A DNA stretch of 64,000 bases from Tubiluchus corallicola (lineage: Eukaryota; Animalia; Priapulida). The translations under genes and the position numbers were made by a program. Shown here one piece after another: positions 54,394-64,000 of the stretch. Where the stretch lies: positions 120,590 to 184,589 of the forward strand of contig JAQGDQ010000457.1 in assembly GCA_030141605.1 (NCBI GenBank), read 5' to 3'. Under the pieces are notes generated by a model. The model saw only the letters and a list, made by a program, of their open reading frames with translations, had not been told where the DNA came from and made no database searches. Numbering within the stretch: the stretch's first letter is position 1; each line of letters starts with the position of its first letter.

Positions 54394-55383
54394 CATTTAT
54401 TTCACATTACACATTCACATTACAGATTACACGGAGTTTACACTGATGTGGTCTTGTGAGTACACAGATGGTTGATCGCCTAGAAACCCGCATTGCATTT
54501 GGATACTAACAACGTTAATTAAGCCTTTATAAATTTACAAAATCCCGGCTCAGCATTTCATCTTGTAGTTACCTTGATCATAAGTAGATTCCGGTCCGGC
54601 CGCAAACATCGTCAAGTATGCAGGCCCATAAGTAAAAATATTTTATTTTTAGACATTTTTATTGAAGTCTATGTCGCATCACTCATATCAAGCAATAGGG
54701 CAACTTAGAAAATCCTTAGGGCAAAATTCCTGTTGCCCTCCCTTATGTAAGTTCCCCCCCCCCGGATGCTTATGGACACGTACCTCTACTGATCCAATGT
54801 GTCATCTGAAATGATGGGCCTATCTGTGATATCGAGATCCAGCATGCAGTTGTATAAAATACTCCTCCTTTTATGGCTCTAAGGCATTCTATAACAGCTC
54901 TGAAAGCAGGATGGTTACTAACGCATTTCATCCATTATATCATTCTGAGGATTAGTTTATTTTACGTCAAAGTTTCACAGATTAAACCCGCTGAAAGCTC
55001 AACTCTTTCCAATGCAGCGAATGAATGAAGCTTGTGCTTTTAATGTGCCGTCTTTCATCAGACATTTCTCTTTGATCAATACGTCCAGATTAAACAGGAC
55101 GACAGTAGTTCTTTTGTTGAGTGCAAAACTCAGGTCGAAATCAATATGTTTTTATGTACTAATTGAGGTTGGTGGTAAATTCTGCCCGTGGGTAGTGATT
55201 ATTACAGCAAAGCACGTGTGAATTCTTTGAAAAGTGAAAATAATTACACTTGCAAAATGACTGAAGCAAGGCGGGGAAGAACTGGAGCATGTCCGCTGTC
55301 CTACATACATGATTTTCGGCAAATAATTTTCGTTTAATTTCTTTACTCAAATTTACTTAATTTGGCCAAAACTTGCAACTTGT

Positions 55384-55416
<33 letters not shown>

Positions 55417-56229
55417 ATAATCTTTATTTGCCATTAAAATACATTGATAATCACTGATAAAAACTCTACAGAAATGATCAATCAGTGTTAGTTAATAAAA
55501 ACTTACACTGCTAAAGGCAAATGCGTCAGTGCAATCTAAACTATTGTGCAGTAATGGAAAGTAACGACGAATAAAATCAAACATATTTACAACTATGCAC
55601 AAGAAATGGAAAAATTATGATTTAATTAATATGGCCGTGGATATATGAATTCTGAATTAGTGTGTATGTTGTCGTACTGGTGTGATGGTATTTCATATCT
55701 GGTTAATATTATTGATTTTAATTTTGTTTTAAATGCTGATAGGGACTTGATTTGTAGAAAAACAAACACATCTTTATGCTCCATTACCCTTTACGTGTAC
55801 GATGTTAATTAGGTAATAAGACACCTTGGTGCTAATTTGGGATTTCCATCCGACGATCAATAACTATAATTTTAAAAGACAGCATATTGTAATTGATTTT
55901 AACGAAGAAACGTGGAGACCTTATGCATCTTTCTTGCTTTGGATGTCTTTCAGTTGAACTATGATAACACTTTCTTACAATTTTCTTACTCAAAAAACAC
56001 TTTCTAAAAAGTAATTTTGGTTCTGGAATTTTTTTAGTTTCTTAGATATTTTGTTTGTTCTTGAAATGTGGGTCGTTAGTGTAATCAGACTAAAGTTTTT
56101 TGCATCTCAAGGAAACATCTCGAAAAGCGTATTATTAGAAACTAATAATTGTTGATCTTCACTGTAGTTCATAGCTAGAGATAAGATAAACGCAAGGAAC
56201 AATGGATTAAAATATCGTGATGCAAATAT

Positions 56230-58097
56230 TTATTTACAATAACAGTACAAGGTTAGGCATACATGTTGAATGACACGTATCAATGTACACGTACACAAAA
56301 TAAAGGTTAGACGTCACATTGGTTTACAATAATAATTGCTAGTTTCTTTTAATCAGATTCACTTATGCACTATATAAGTACTACATAGACTATTTTTATT
56401 TATACTAATACTTATTTACAATAATATTACAAGATTAGACATACATGTTGAATGACAATAACAGTACAAAATAAAGATTAGACGTCACATTGGTTTACAA
56501 TAATAATTGCTAGTTTCTATGTAATCAGGCTCAGTTATGCACTATATAAGTACTACATAGACTATTTTTATTTATACTAATACTTATTTACAATAATATT
56601 ACAAGATTAGACATACTTGTTGAATGACAATAACAGTACAAAATAAAGATTAGACGTCACATTGGTTTACAATAATAATTGCTAGTTTCTATGTAATCAG
56701 GCTCAGTTATGCACTATATAAGTACTACATAGACTATTTTTATTTATACTAATACTTATTTACAATAATATTACAAGGTTAGACATACATGTTGAATGAC
56801 AATAACAGTACAAAATAAAGATTAGACGTCACATTGGTTTACAATAATAATTGCTAGTTTCTATGTAATCAGGCTCAGTTATGCACTATATAAGTACTAC
56901 ATAGACTATTTTTATTTATACTAATATTATTTACAAATATTACAAGATTACATACTTGTTGAATGACAATAGCAGTACAAAATAAAGATTAGACGTCACA
57001 TTGGTTTACAATAATTGCTAGTTTCTTGTAATCAGGCTCAGTTATGCACTATATAAGTACTACATAGACTATTTTTATTTATACTAATACTTATTTACAA
57101 TAATATTACAAGGTTAGGCATACATGTTGAATGACAATAACAGTACAAAGTAAAGATTAGACGTCACATTGGTTTACAATAATAATTGCTAGTTTCTATG
57201 TAATCAGGCTCAGTTATGCACTATATAAGTACTACATAGACTATTTTTATTTATACTAATACTTATTTACAATAATATTACAAGATTAGACATACTTGTT
57301 GAATGACAATAGCAGTACAAAATAAAGATTAGACGTCACATTTTTACAATAATAATTGCTAGTTTCTATGTAATCAGGCTCAGTTATGCACTATATAAGT
57401 ACTACATAGACTATTTTTATTTATACTAATACTTATTTACAATAATATTACAAGGTTAGACATACATGTTGAATGACAATAACAGTACAAAATAAAGATT
57501 AGACGTCACATTGGTTTACAATAATAATTGCTAGTTTCTATGTAATCAGGCTCAGTTATGCACTATATAAGTACTACATAGACTATTTTTATTTATACTA
57601 ATACTTATTTACAATAATATTACAAGGTTAGACATACATGTTGAATGACAATAACAGTACAAAATAAAGATTAGACGTCACATTGGTTTACAATAATAAT
57701 TGCTAGTTTCTATGTAATCAGGCTCAGTTATGCACTATATAAGTACTACATAGACTATTTTTATTTATACTAATACTTATTTACAATAATATTACAAGGT
57801 TAGACATACATGTTGAATGACAATAACAGTACAAAATAAAGATTAGACGTCACATTGGTTTACAATAATAATTGCTAGTTTCTATGTAATCAGGCTCAGT
57901 TATGCACTATATAAGTACTACATAGACTATTTTTATTTATACTAATACTTATTTACAATAATATTACAAGGTTAGACATACATGTTGAATGACAATAACA
58001 GTACAAAATAAAGATTAGACGTCACATTGGTTTACAATAATAATTGCTAGTTTCTATGTAATCAGGCTCAGTTATGCACTATATAAGTACTACATAG
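56230..58097. repeat. 172-bp satellite, about 11 copies
   Basis: acttatttacaataatattacaag recurs at 56410, 56582, 56754 and onward. Confidence 0.95.
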
Positions 58098-58382
58098 AGG
58101 ACATTATAAAATTATCCTCTATGTAACCATATATGGGGAAAAACCCGTACCTAGTATTTTACAACCCACTCGGGTTTTTTTCAGGGAACTATCCCCTGCC
58201 TTTTGCCACTTATCATATGCATTAAGCGATTACGTAGTTCATGAGCCGGAGACAAAAATCACTTGGCTTTAAAGTTAATCGTTATACAATTAATCTGCAG
58301 ATGACAACGTTACTATGTACAGAACACTCATATACTATGTACAGAACACTTATAGGCTTATAGTAGGACAAATCGGTTCTTT

Positions 58383-58614
58383 GGTCAGACGGTTTAGTCT
58401 AGCGGTAATGCGTCTGCTTTCCGTCTGGGAGGTCGTGCGTTCGAACCAGCGGTCAGGTCGTACCAAAGACTTTAAAAGTGGTACGTGCTTTGCTCTGCCT
58501 GACGCGTGGTATTTAGGGTAAAAGTGGGGTATTATAGGCGGCGATAATAGCTCTTTGAGCTAATGTCAATTCTTGACCCAAAAGCCGACTTTAAGTAAAG
58601 ATTATTATTATTAT
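58383..58614 (+). mobile_element. tRNA-derived SINE (possibly MetaSINE-type core)
   Basis: A box tagtctagcgg, B box gttcgaacc, core accaaagactttaaaagtggta, (ATT)n tail. Confidence 0.7.
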
Positions 58615-59282
58615 CTAGTGTTAACTTTATAGATACACAATAAATGTCCCATCAGATATACGTTTCCGACATTTGAGATAGTGAGAAATACCCATGTTGT
58701 TCTCAAGCGCATTAAAATTCCAGTGCTGTCAGTTTAATTTCTGAGGTTGTGAGCAGCATATGAAACAGGTCAAGATCGCAAGATCAAAAATATCATTGAC
58801 AGAAGTGAATGGCTCATAGGGAATTCATGTCCGAGCGGGGGGGGGGGAGACCTTTACTGTTTTAGACTACCTTCAGTATGCTGAGATTAGTTGCAACTGC
58901 CGAAATTTGATTGTAGTATACAAGTGTCCATTTTTCTGCCAATATTTTTATACTGTTACTGACATTAAGGCTGGTGTTATGCCACCTGGGCAAAGATTCT
59001 GTCAAATTATTTAATCGACAGAAGAGAAATTATATAATATATGTCTGTGCACGTGAAAAATTAAATATTTTATATGTCTCGCAGAGCCCATTTTTTGGTA
59101 GCCAATATTCCCTTGAATGTAAATCAGGGTTTTGGCCGCTGTATTTATGAAATTATATAATACATTACATAAACTATTACATAAACTATTACATAAACTA
59201 TTTTCGCTATATCATGTTAATTTTAGTTTACACATAAAATATCTATTTCTCTGTGAACTTTTATTTGTTCATTGTTTTCCAG

Positions 59283-60202
59283 GAGACGCTGTCTGAAATT
59301 CCATCTCTGGCGCAGCTGGTGTTTGACGAATGCGAATGTGCTACAGACATTGCTCTGCACACCTTCCTGCAGTACCTTAACCCAGAACTACGCTCCTTCT
59401 GCGCTCGAGAGACGCCCCTCAATAATGCTGCCATGGAAATGATCACCTCTCATTGCCACATGCTACACAACGTCAAGCTGGTCGACTGCCACATGACCAA
59501 TGAGAGAACCTTGAAAATGCTGGGCAGAAACTGCAAGGAGCTAAAGTCCTTGGGGATTTTCTTCACAGAACCATCAGAAGCATGGCTTGTCGAGGACATT
59601 CTCAGCATCGTGGTCAAGTCAATATCCTCTGAGCTCGTGTCCCTTTCGCTTGTGGGTTTTAACAGCATACGCGATTACAGCGTCGAGTACCTGTCGGAAT
59701 GCTATAGCAATACCTTGTGCACCATAGACCTGAGCAAATGCCGGACGTTGAGCGACAGTGGTCTAACAGCACTCGTCACCAACTGCAAATTCTTGAGAGA
59801 CATTGGCATAAGCGGATGTGACGTCTCCGATCAGGGCGTGAAGACATTGGCAGACAAATGTAACAGACGTCTTCATGATCTAAATATCGGTAATACGCAT
59901 ATTACTGATGCAGCTGTGATACGAATAGCAGAAAAGTGCATCAAACTGGCTGGAATTAACTGTGATAATTGTAGAAACATATCAGACGCATCCTTGCACG
60001 CTCTGGCGAAACATTGTCTGCTGTTAGAAAGCATAAACTTCAGCAACACGCTTATTGAGAAGATACCTGTGCTGGTGATGCGCTTGCAGAGACTTCGAAG
60101 ACTGGTGATATCAAACTGCAACAGCCTTTCTTATCCGCCAAAACAGTTTTTGACGTTGGAAGGCATCAAACAGTTTTACAGTGATAGCCAGCTGGATTAT
60201 CG
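59283..60202 (+). CDS. Roco-family gene, 920-nt exon: cysteine-containing (FBXL/AMN1-type) LRRs plus LRR-Roc hinge
   Basis: ttttccag acceptor, CG|gtaggt donor. Repeats such as IDLSKCRTLSDSGLTALVTNC and INCDNCRNISDASLHALAKHC; ends LSYPPKQFLTLEGIKQFY. Confidence 0.9.
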
Positions 60203-60360
60203 GTAGGTAAATCGCCAACAACATTTTAATTTAGAGCCCATTGAAGTTAAGTATCATGTACAACTAAGGTTCCGCTTATGTTTGTGTTACGATTCTTGCG
60301 ATGATTCAGTGATAGCTTTCTTGCTTTTATGTGGGTTTGGCTGTGTCTTTGTAAGATGAC

Positions 60361-60618
60361 CGTATACGTAGTACTTTATGCGTACAGTATACGTAGTACT
60401 TTATGCGTACAGTATGCGTAGTACTTTATGCGTACAGTATGCGTAGTACTTTATGCGTACAGTATGCGTAGTACTTTATGCGTACAGTATGCGTAGTACT
60501 TTATGCGTACAGTATGCGTAGTACTTTATGCGTATGCGTAGTACTTTATGCGTACAGTATGCGTAGTACTTTATGCGTATGCGTAGTACTTTATGCGTAC
60601 AGTATGCGTAGTACTTTA
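60361..60618. repeat. 25-bp minisatellite
   Basis: Unit gtatgcgtagtactttatgcgtaca. Confidence 0.93.
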
Positions 60619-61269
60619 CCATGTTTATCTTCAAGTCACTTGACTTGCTTTGCCGTATTTTGGGGATTTTAGGCATTTAGATTAAACAGCTAGCTAATTC
60701 ACATCATCACTATTAAATTCATTGTTTTGATGAGCATATTACAAATTTTTTACTGCGTCCGCACTAAAGCAGCTTACTCCTTGGACTTTTATATAATATT
60801 TTCTTTATCTCAACTGTCTATTTCACCGAATTTAAGTTTGACTAGTTTATTCTCTTGTACTTTCTTGTGCCTGGCAGCTATGTAGATTTACGAAAATCTT
60901 TAAAACTATTGTTGCCATGAAGAAAGTTTATAGCCCATGTTATATAGGTGTTTTATAATATAGGTATAATTAATGCACTGAGCCCGAGTGAAAATTTATA
61001 ACGCAATAAATCACTAAATTGTCTTAGGCGGACAGACATTTCGCGCCATCGACCTTCCAAAGAAATTTGAACGATGTAGTTCGAACAAGTTACGTACTTG
61101 TATGACAGTTTAAATTACAATAACAACGGGTTATTTTAGCGTTTTCTAGACGGAAACGGCCTTTTTGGTCACTTAGCCGTTTCGTTCCAAAACACCTCGG
61201 TGTTTTATAACTTCTCGACCTTGAAATATAATTCTAAGATGTTTACGTATATATATACGATAACACAGA

Positions 61270-61715
61270 TATTATTATTATTATTATGAGTTTATTTCGT
61301 ATAAAAATATACAGTTACAAAGATAAAGATGTTAATAAAACAGGTAATGCGATGTTAGTAAAGTAACATATCTACAGACATTCAACTTTATAATAACCAC
61401 AAATTGTAGTTCCCTTGCAATTATATTACATTATACAGTGTTGTAAGGAGCTATAATAGATATCTTAAAACATAATCTTTAAATGAGTTCTTAACCTTTA
61501 ATTTTACATTTTCGTTTAGATCTACAGTACAACCATATTTAAATCTTAAATTTACTCGACTGTTATTTACATAATAGCATAGCTTTGGAATTCTCAATGT
61601 GCAAGAGTTTACAATTTTTCTCACAAAGTTTAATTTTCGACTATCTATTAAATAATTCGCAGGCATTGTGCCACAAAAATACATTAACAATTTGACGCTT
61701 TCATTTTGTCTAAAA
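61270..61715 (-). mobile_element. 3' end of a non-LTR retrotransposon (copy of 13130-13690)
   Basis: Near-identical reverse complement, including the (AAT)n tail. Confidence 0.8.
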
Positions 61716-61817
61716 CCGAAAACCGATTATTGAAATTTAGAACAGTTTTAAGGAATTTTATGAGTACTGTGGGCTTATAAATGTAACAAGTGTACAAGTG
61801 TGCTGTGCATATTTTAG

Positions 61818-61963
61818 GTTGAAAGTGATTGTAATGGGTGCATCTATGAGCGGAAAGACCAGCATGGTTTCCTCCCTGCTCAATGATCGTCCCACTCAGG
61901 TGGAAACCCCAACACACGGAGTAAATGTCATAACGTGGAGGTGTTTCAGCGAAAATGGAAACG
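61818..61963 (+). CDS. Roco-family gene, Roc GTPase exon (RLKVIVMGASMSGKTSMVSSLLNDRPTQVETPTHGVNVITWRCFSENGN)
   Basis: attttag acceptor in phase 2 joins the previous exon in frame; P-loop GxxxxGKTS and switch-I T-x-G-V; ACG|gtacat donor. Confidence 0.9.
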
Positions 61964-62085
61964 GTACATAAACTGTTTTGCTTTTATCACACACCACAAG
62001 CACACAGTAAATGGAGTAAAATATTTTTATATGACATTAAACTCAGTATGAACTGAAAATAGACAATAAAACAAGACATCACTGT

Positions 62086-62159
62086 CAGGGCTAGATTATG
62101 TCCTTTCAGGGCGCCTATGCTAATGAAATTATGGGGCCCCCTCAGACGGAGCCATCCTC
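62086..62159 (+). mobile_element. Left end of a hAT-like MITE, truncated by the following insertion
   Basis: cagggctagatta...ggggcccc terminus similar to other hAT MITE ends in the window (e.g. about 10780). Confidence 0.45.
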
Positions 62160-62913
62160 AGTAGGATAGATGTTACACCTCTGGCCGATTTCCCGGGGGG
62201 GTGGGGATTTCCCCGGGGGGGTGGGGAAAAACACCCCTAAAAAAGTGCGAAAATCCACGAAAACCCCTAAAAAAGTGTGAAAACCCGTGTGAAAGTGCGC
62301 ACGTGACCGAAATCGACGAAAAAGCGCGAAAAACAAAGAAAAACGAAGAAAAGGCGTGTGAAACGAGGTAAAAATTTTGCAGTTTTTCCCTCCCGCATGG
62401 CTTCATTTGGATCGAATGACCTTGAACTCTAGGTCACGTGACCAAAGTTCATTGACCCCTGGCCCCTGGATGGCTTCTTTTTTTGACGCCCCATTTTAAA
62501 CCGCGCGAAAGCGCTCGAAAGCGCGCGAAAGTGTATGAAAGCGCGTGAAAGCGTGTGAAAGCGCATGAAAGTGTGTGAAAGTGTGTGAAAGTGTGTGAAA
62601 CGAGGTAAAAAGCGCCTCAAACGAAGAAAAAGGGAGAAGTGGAGTTCCCGCCGAGGACTAATTAGTGCTAATTGGCGCTAATTGGCGCTAATTGGGGAGC
62701 CCCTGCCACCCCTCCGCCGCATGCAAACGTCCGTCCCGGGGGTCGGGGACACCCCCCCCTGCAACCCACCCCTCCGTCGCGTGGAATCGTCCACTGCAGG
62801 CAATGAGGGAAATCTTTTTCCCGCCACTCGCGCAGTGCCGGCCCTTTTCCGCGACCACTTCTCTCTCTCGGGTGTCCTCCCTTTTCCGCGACCACTTCTC
62901 TCGCGGGTTTAGA

Positions 62914-62946
<33 letters not shown>

Positions 62947-63223
62947 GGAGATTTATTTCAAATGCCAAAGTTTGATAAATGCATTTTCACAAATCTTTTT
63001 TATTGATGGATTACAGGTGTGGGGATTTATTTCAAACGCCAAAGTTCGATAAATGCATTTTCACAAATCTTTTTTTATTGATGGATTACATAAAATTTTT
63101 TTACATTTTTTATGCAAAATACATACGTGCTAAAACTAGATTATTATTATTATGGTGACATGATAGTTCTACATTTTACGTTTTTTTTCGCAAATTACAC
63201 AAATTATGCAAATTACAATAAAA

Positions 63224-63886
63224 CTACACTAATGACGACGAGCGAGTACATGGATTGTCGTCGTCGTCGTCGTCGTCGATGTGATACAGACAAACGTTAT
63301 TGTTGTTAAAAACGAATTCGTTAAATTTGCGGAAAACGCGAGAGAAATCCTCGACCTTTGTCCCGCCCATCATTATTATGCTTCCGGTGTGAAAAATGTT
63401 CAGAGTAATTTGCTCGCATTTGCAAGTTAGTTTGGGAAATAGTTCCACTTCGTAAAACACTTCTCTAAAAGAATGCGTCGAAGGACGAACGAGTTCTTCG
63501 TACAGTGCACCCAGTTTCAATCTGCAGTGAATTTTGGCTCTGGCGGTGATGGTGCGAATTGCGATCCCGTCGGCGGGCGTCAGTCCGAGACCTTTCGAGA
63601 GTTCTTCGATCGCATTGCGTAGTACTTTTTCCTCCGAAAAACCGTTGGCCACCACGGAGCCGGAGGCAAAAATCATCAGCGTCCCGCCCAGTCGCTTTAG
63701 CAGAACCATTTGCGGTTTCCTTTCGTAGCGTCTTCCGCCCGTTCTCCGCCGGAGTTCGTTCAGATCGAAGCGCTGCGAGAACGAAGCAGTGGCGACGATG
63801 TTGACCGTTTGGACTGACACGTTAGAACGTAGTTGGCAATCGTTTCGGACGCCCGAATCGCTCTGCCTCGCCCGTTGCTCTGCCAA
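63224..63886 (-). CDS. Divergent intronless TATA-binding-protein-like protein (start uncertain)
   Basis: Two TBP repeats: NIVAT..FDL / LMIFASGSVVANG and YEVELFPKL / LNIFHTGSIIMMG; acidic D7 tail. No in-frame ATG before the core within the window. Confidence 0.85.
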   Translation of the reverse strand: MAEQRARQSDSGVRNDCQLRSNVSVQTVNIVATASFSQRFDLNELRRRTGGRRYERKPQMVLLKRLGGTLMIFASGSVVANGFSEEKVLRNAIEELSKGLGLTPADGIAIRTITARAKIHCRLKLGALYEELVRPSTHSFREVFYEVELFPKLTCKCEQITLNIFHTGSIIMMGGTKVEDFSRVFRKFNEFVFNNNNVCLYHIDDDDDDDNPCTRSSSLV

Positions 63887-63999
63887 CGTATGGCGGGCGG
63901 CGGGTGCTCGCTTTCCAGATCTTCTACGCGTATGACCACGCGATTTTTGGGGAGATGTTTTTTGACGAAATCGTACATCTCTGCTCCCTTGACGTAGGT
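63760..63999 (-). CDS. C-terminal part of an ORF open past the window edge; possible DEDD-type exonuclease of Polinton type
   Basis: TYVKGAEMYDFVKKHLPKNRVVIRVEDL..P resembles, from recall, the YVKG.EK..FL...V..LE..P motif of Maverick accessory nucleases. Confidence 0.5.
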   Translation of the reverse strand, partial: TYVKGAEMYDFVKKHLPKNRVVIRVEDLESEHPPPAIRWQSNGRGRAIRASETIANYVLTCQSKRSTSSPLLRSRSASI

Positions 64000-64000
64000 G

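Larger units (their letters stand above)
62160..64000. mobile_element. End of a putative Polinton/Maverick-like element (endogenous DNA virus), extending beyond the window
   Basis: Abrupt shift to GC/CpG-rich sequence starting AGTAG; about 800 bp of non-coding short direct repeats; then tightly packed, overlapping, intronless ORFs. Core genes (pPolB, integrase, capsid) are not in the window. Confidence 0.65.

Noticed and set aside
58383-58460. tRNA gene
   Set aside because: A and B boxes are present but there is no convincing cloverleaf; it continues into a SINE core and (ATT)n tail.
63224-63886. Host canonical TBP or TRF2 gene
   Set aside because: Animal TBP cores are highly conserved. This ORF is very divergent, intronless, and lies in a compositionally foreign block within another gene's intron.
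63957-63966. Programmed -1 frameshift at AAAAAAC linking the nuclease-like and TBP-like frames
   Set aside because: The heptamer is not in canonical X_XXY_YYZ phase, and slipping there would truncate the upstream motif.

Overview
AT-rich, intron-containing animal (invertebrate-like) genomic DNA; not prokaryotic and no CRISPR. Genes were reconstructed by hand from splice sites and reading phase. (1) 3' half of a CCM2/malcavernin gene (+, 4 exons, 1692-7426). (2) A complete, convergent EB1/MAPRE gene (-, 23191-10349; 266 aa, ending EEF). It has two 107-nt mutually exclusive exons in the CH domain and a 63-nt candidate cassette exon. (3) An intronless Golgi carbohydrate sulfotransferase (-, 50407-51567). 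(4) Two exons of a Roco-family gene (+, 59283-60202 and 61818-61963) in which FBXL-type cysteine-containing LRRs lead into a Roc P-loop; the ORF track misses the second exon. From 62160 to the window end, the intron splitting the Roc domain holds what looks like the end of a Polinton/Maverick-like endogenous DNA virus: an AGTAG terminus, a GC-rich repeat-laden terminal region, an intronless divergent TBP-like gene and an overlapping putative nuclease ORF. The rest is MITEs (hAT, Tc1/mariner, piggyBac, Kolobok-like), LINE fragments, a 5S rRNA-headed SINE family (3 copies with TSDs), a tRNA SINE, LTR remnants and many tandem arrays, some born from coding sequence. Family assignments come from motif recognition only; no searches were run.
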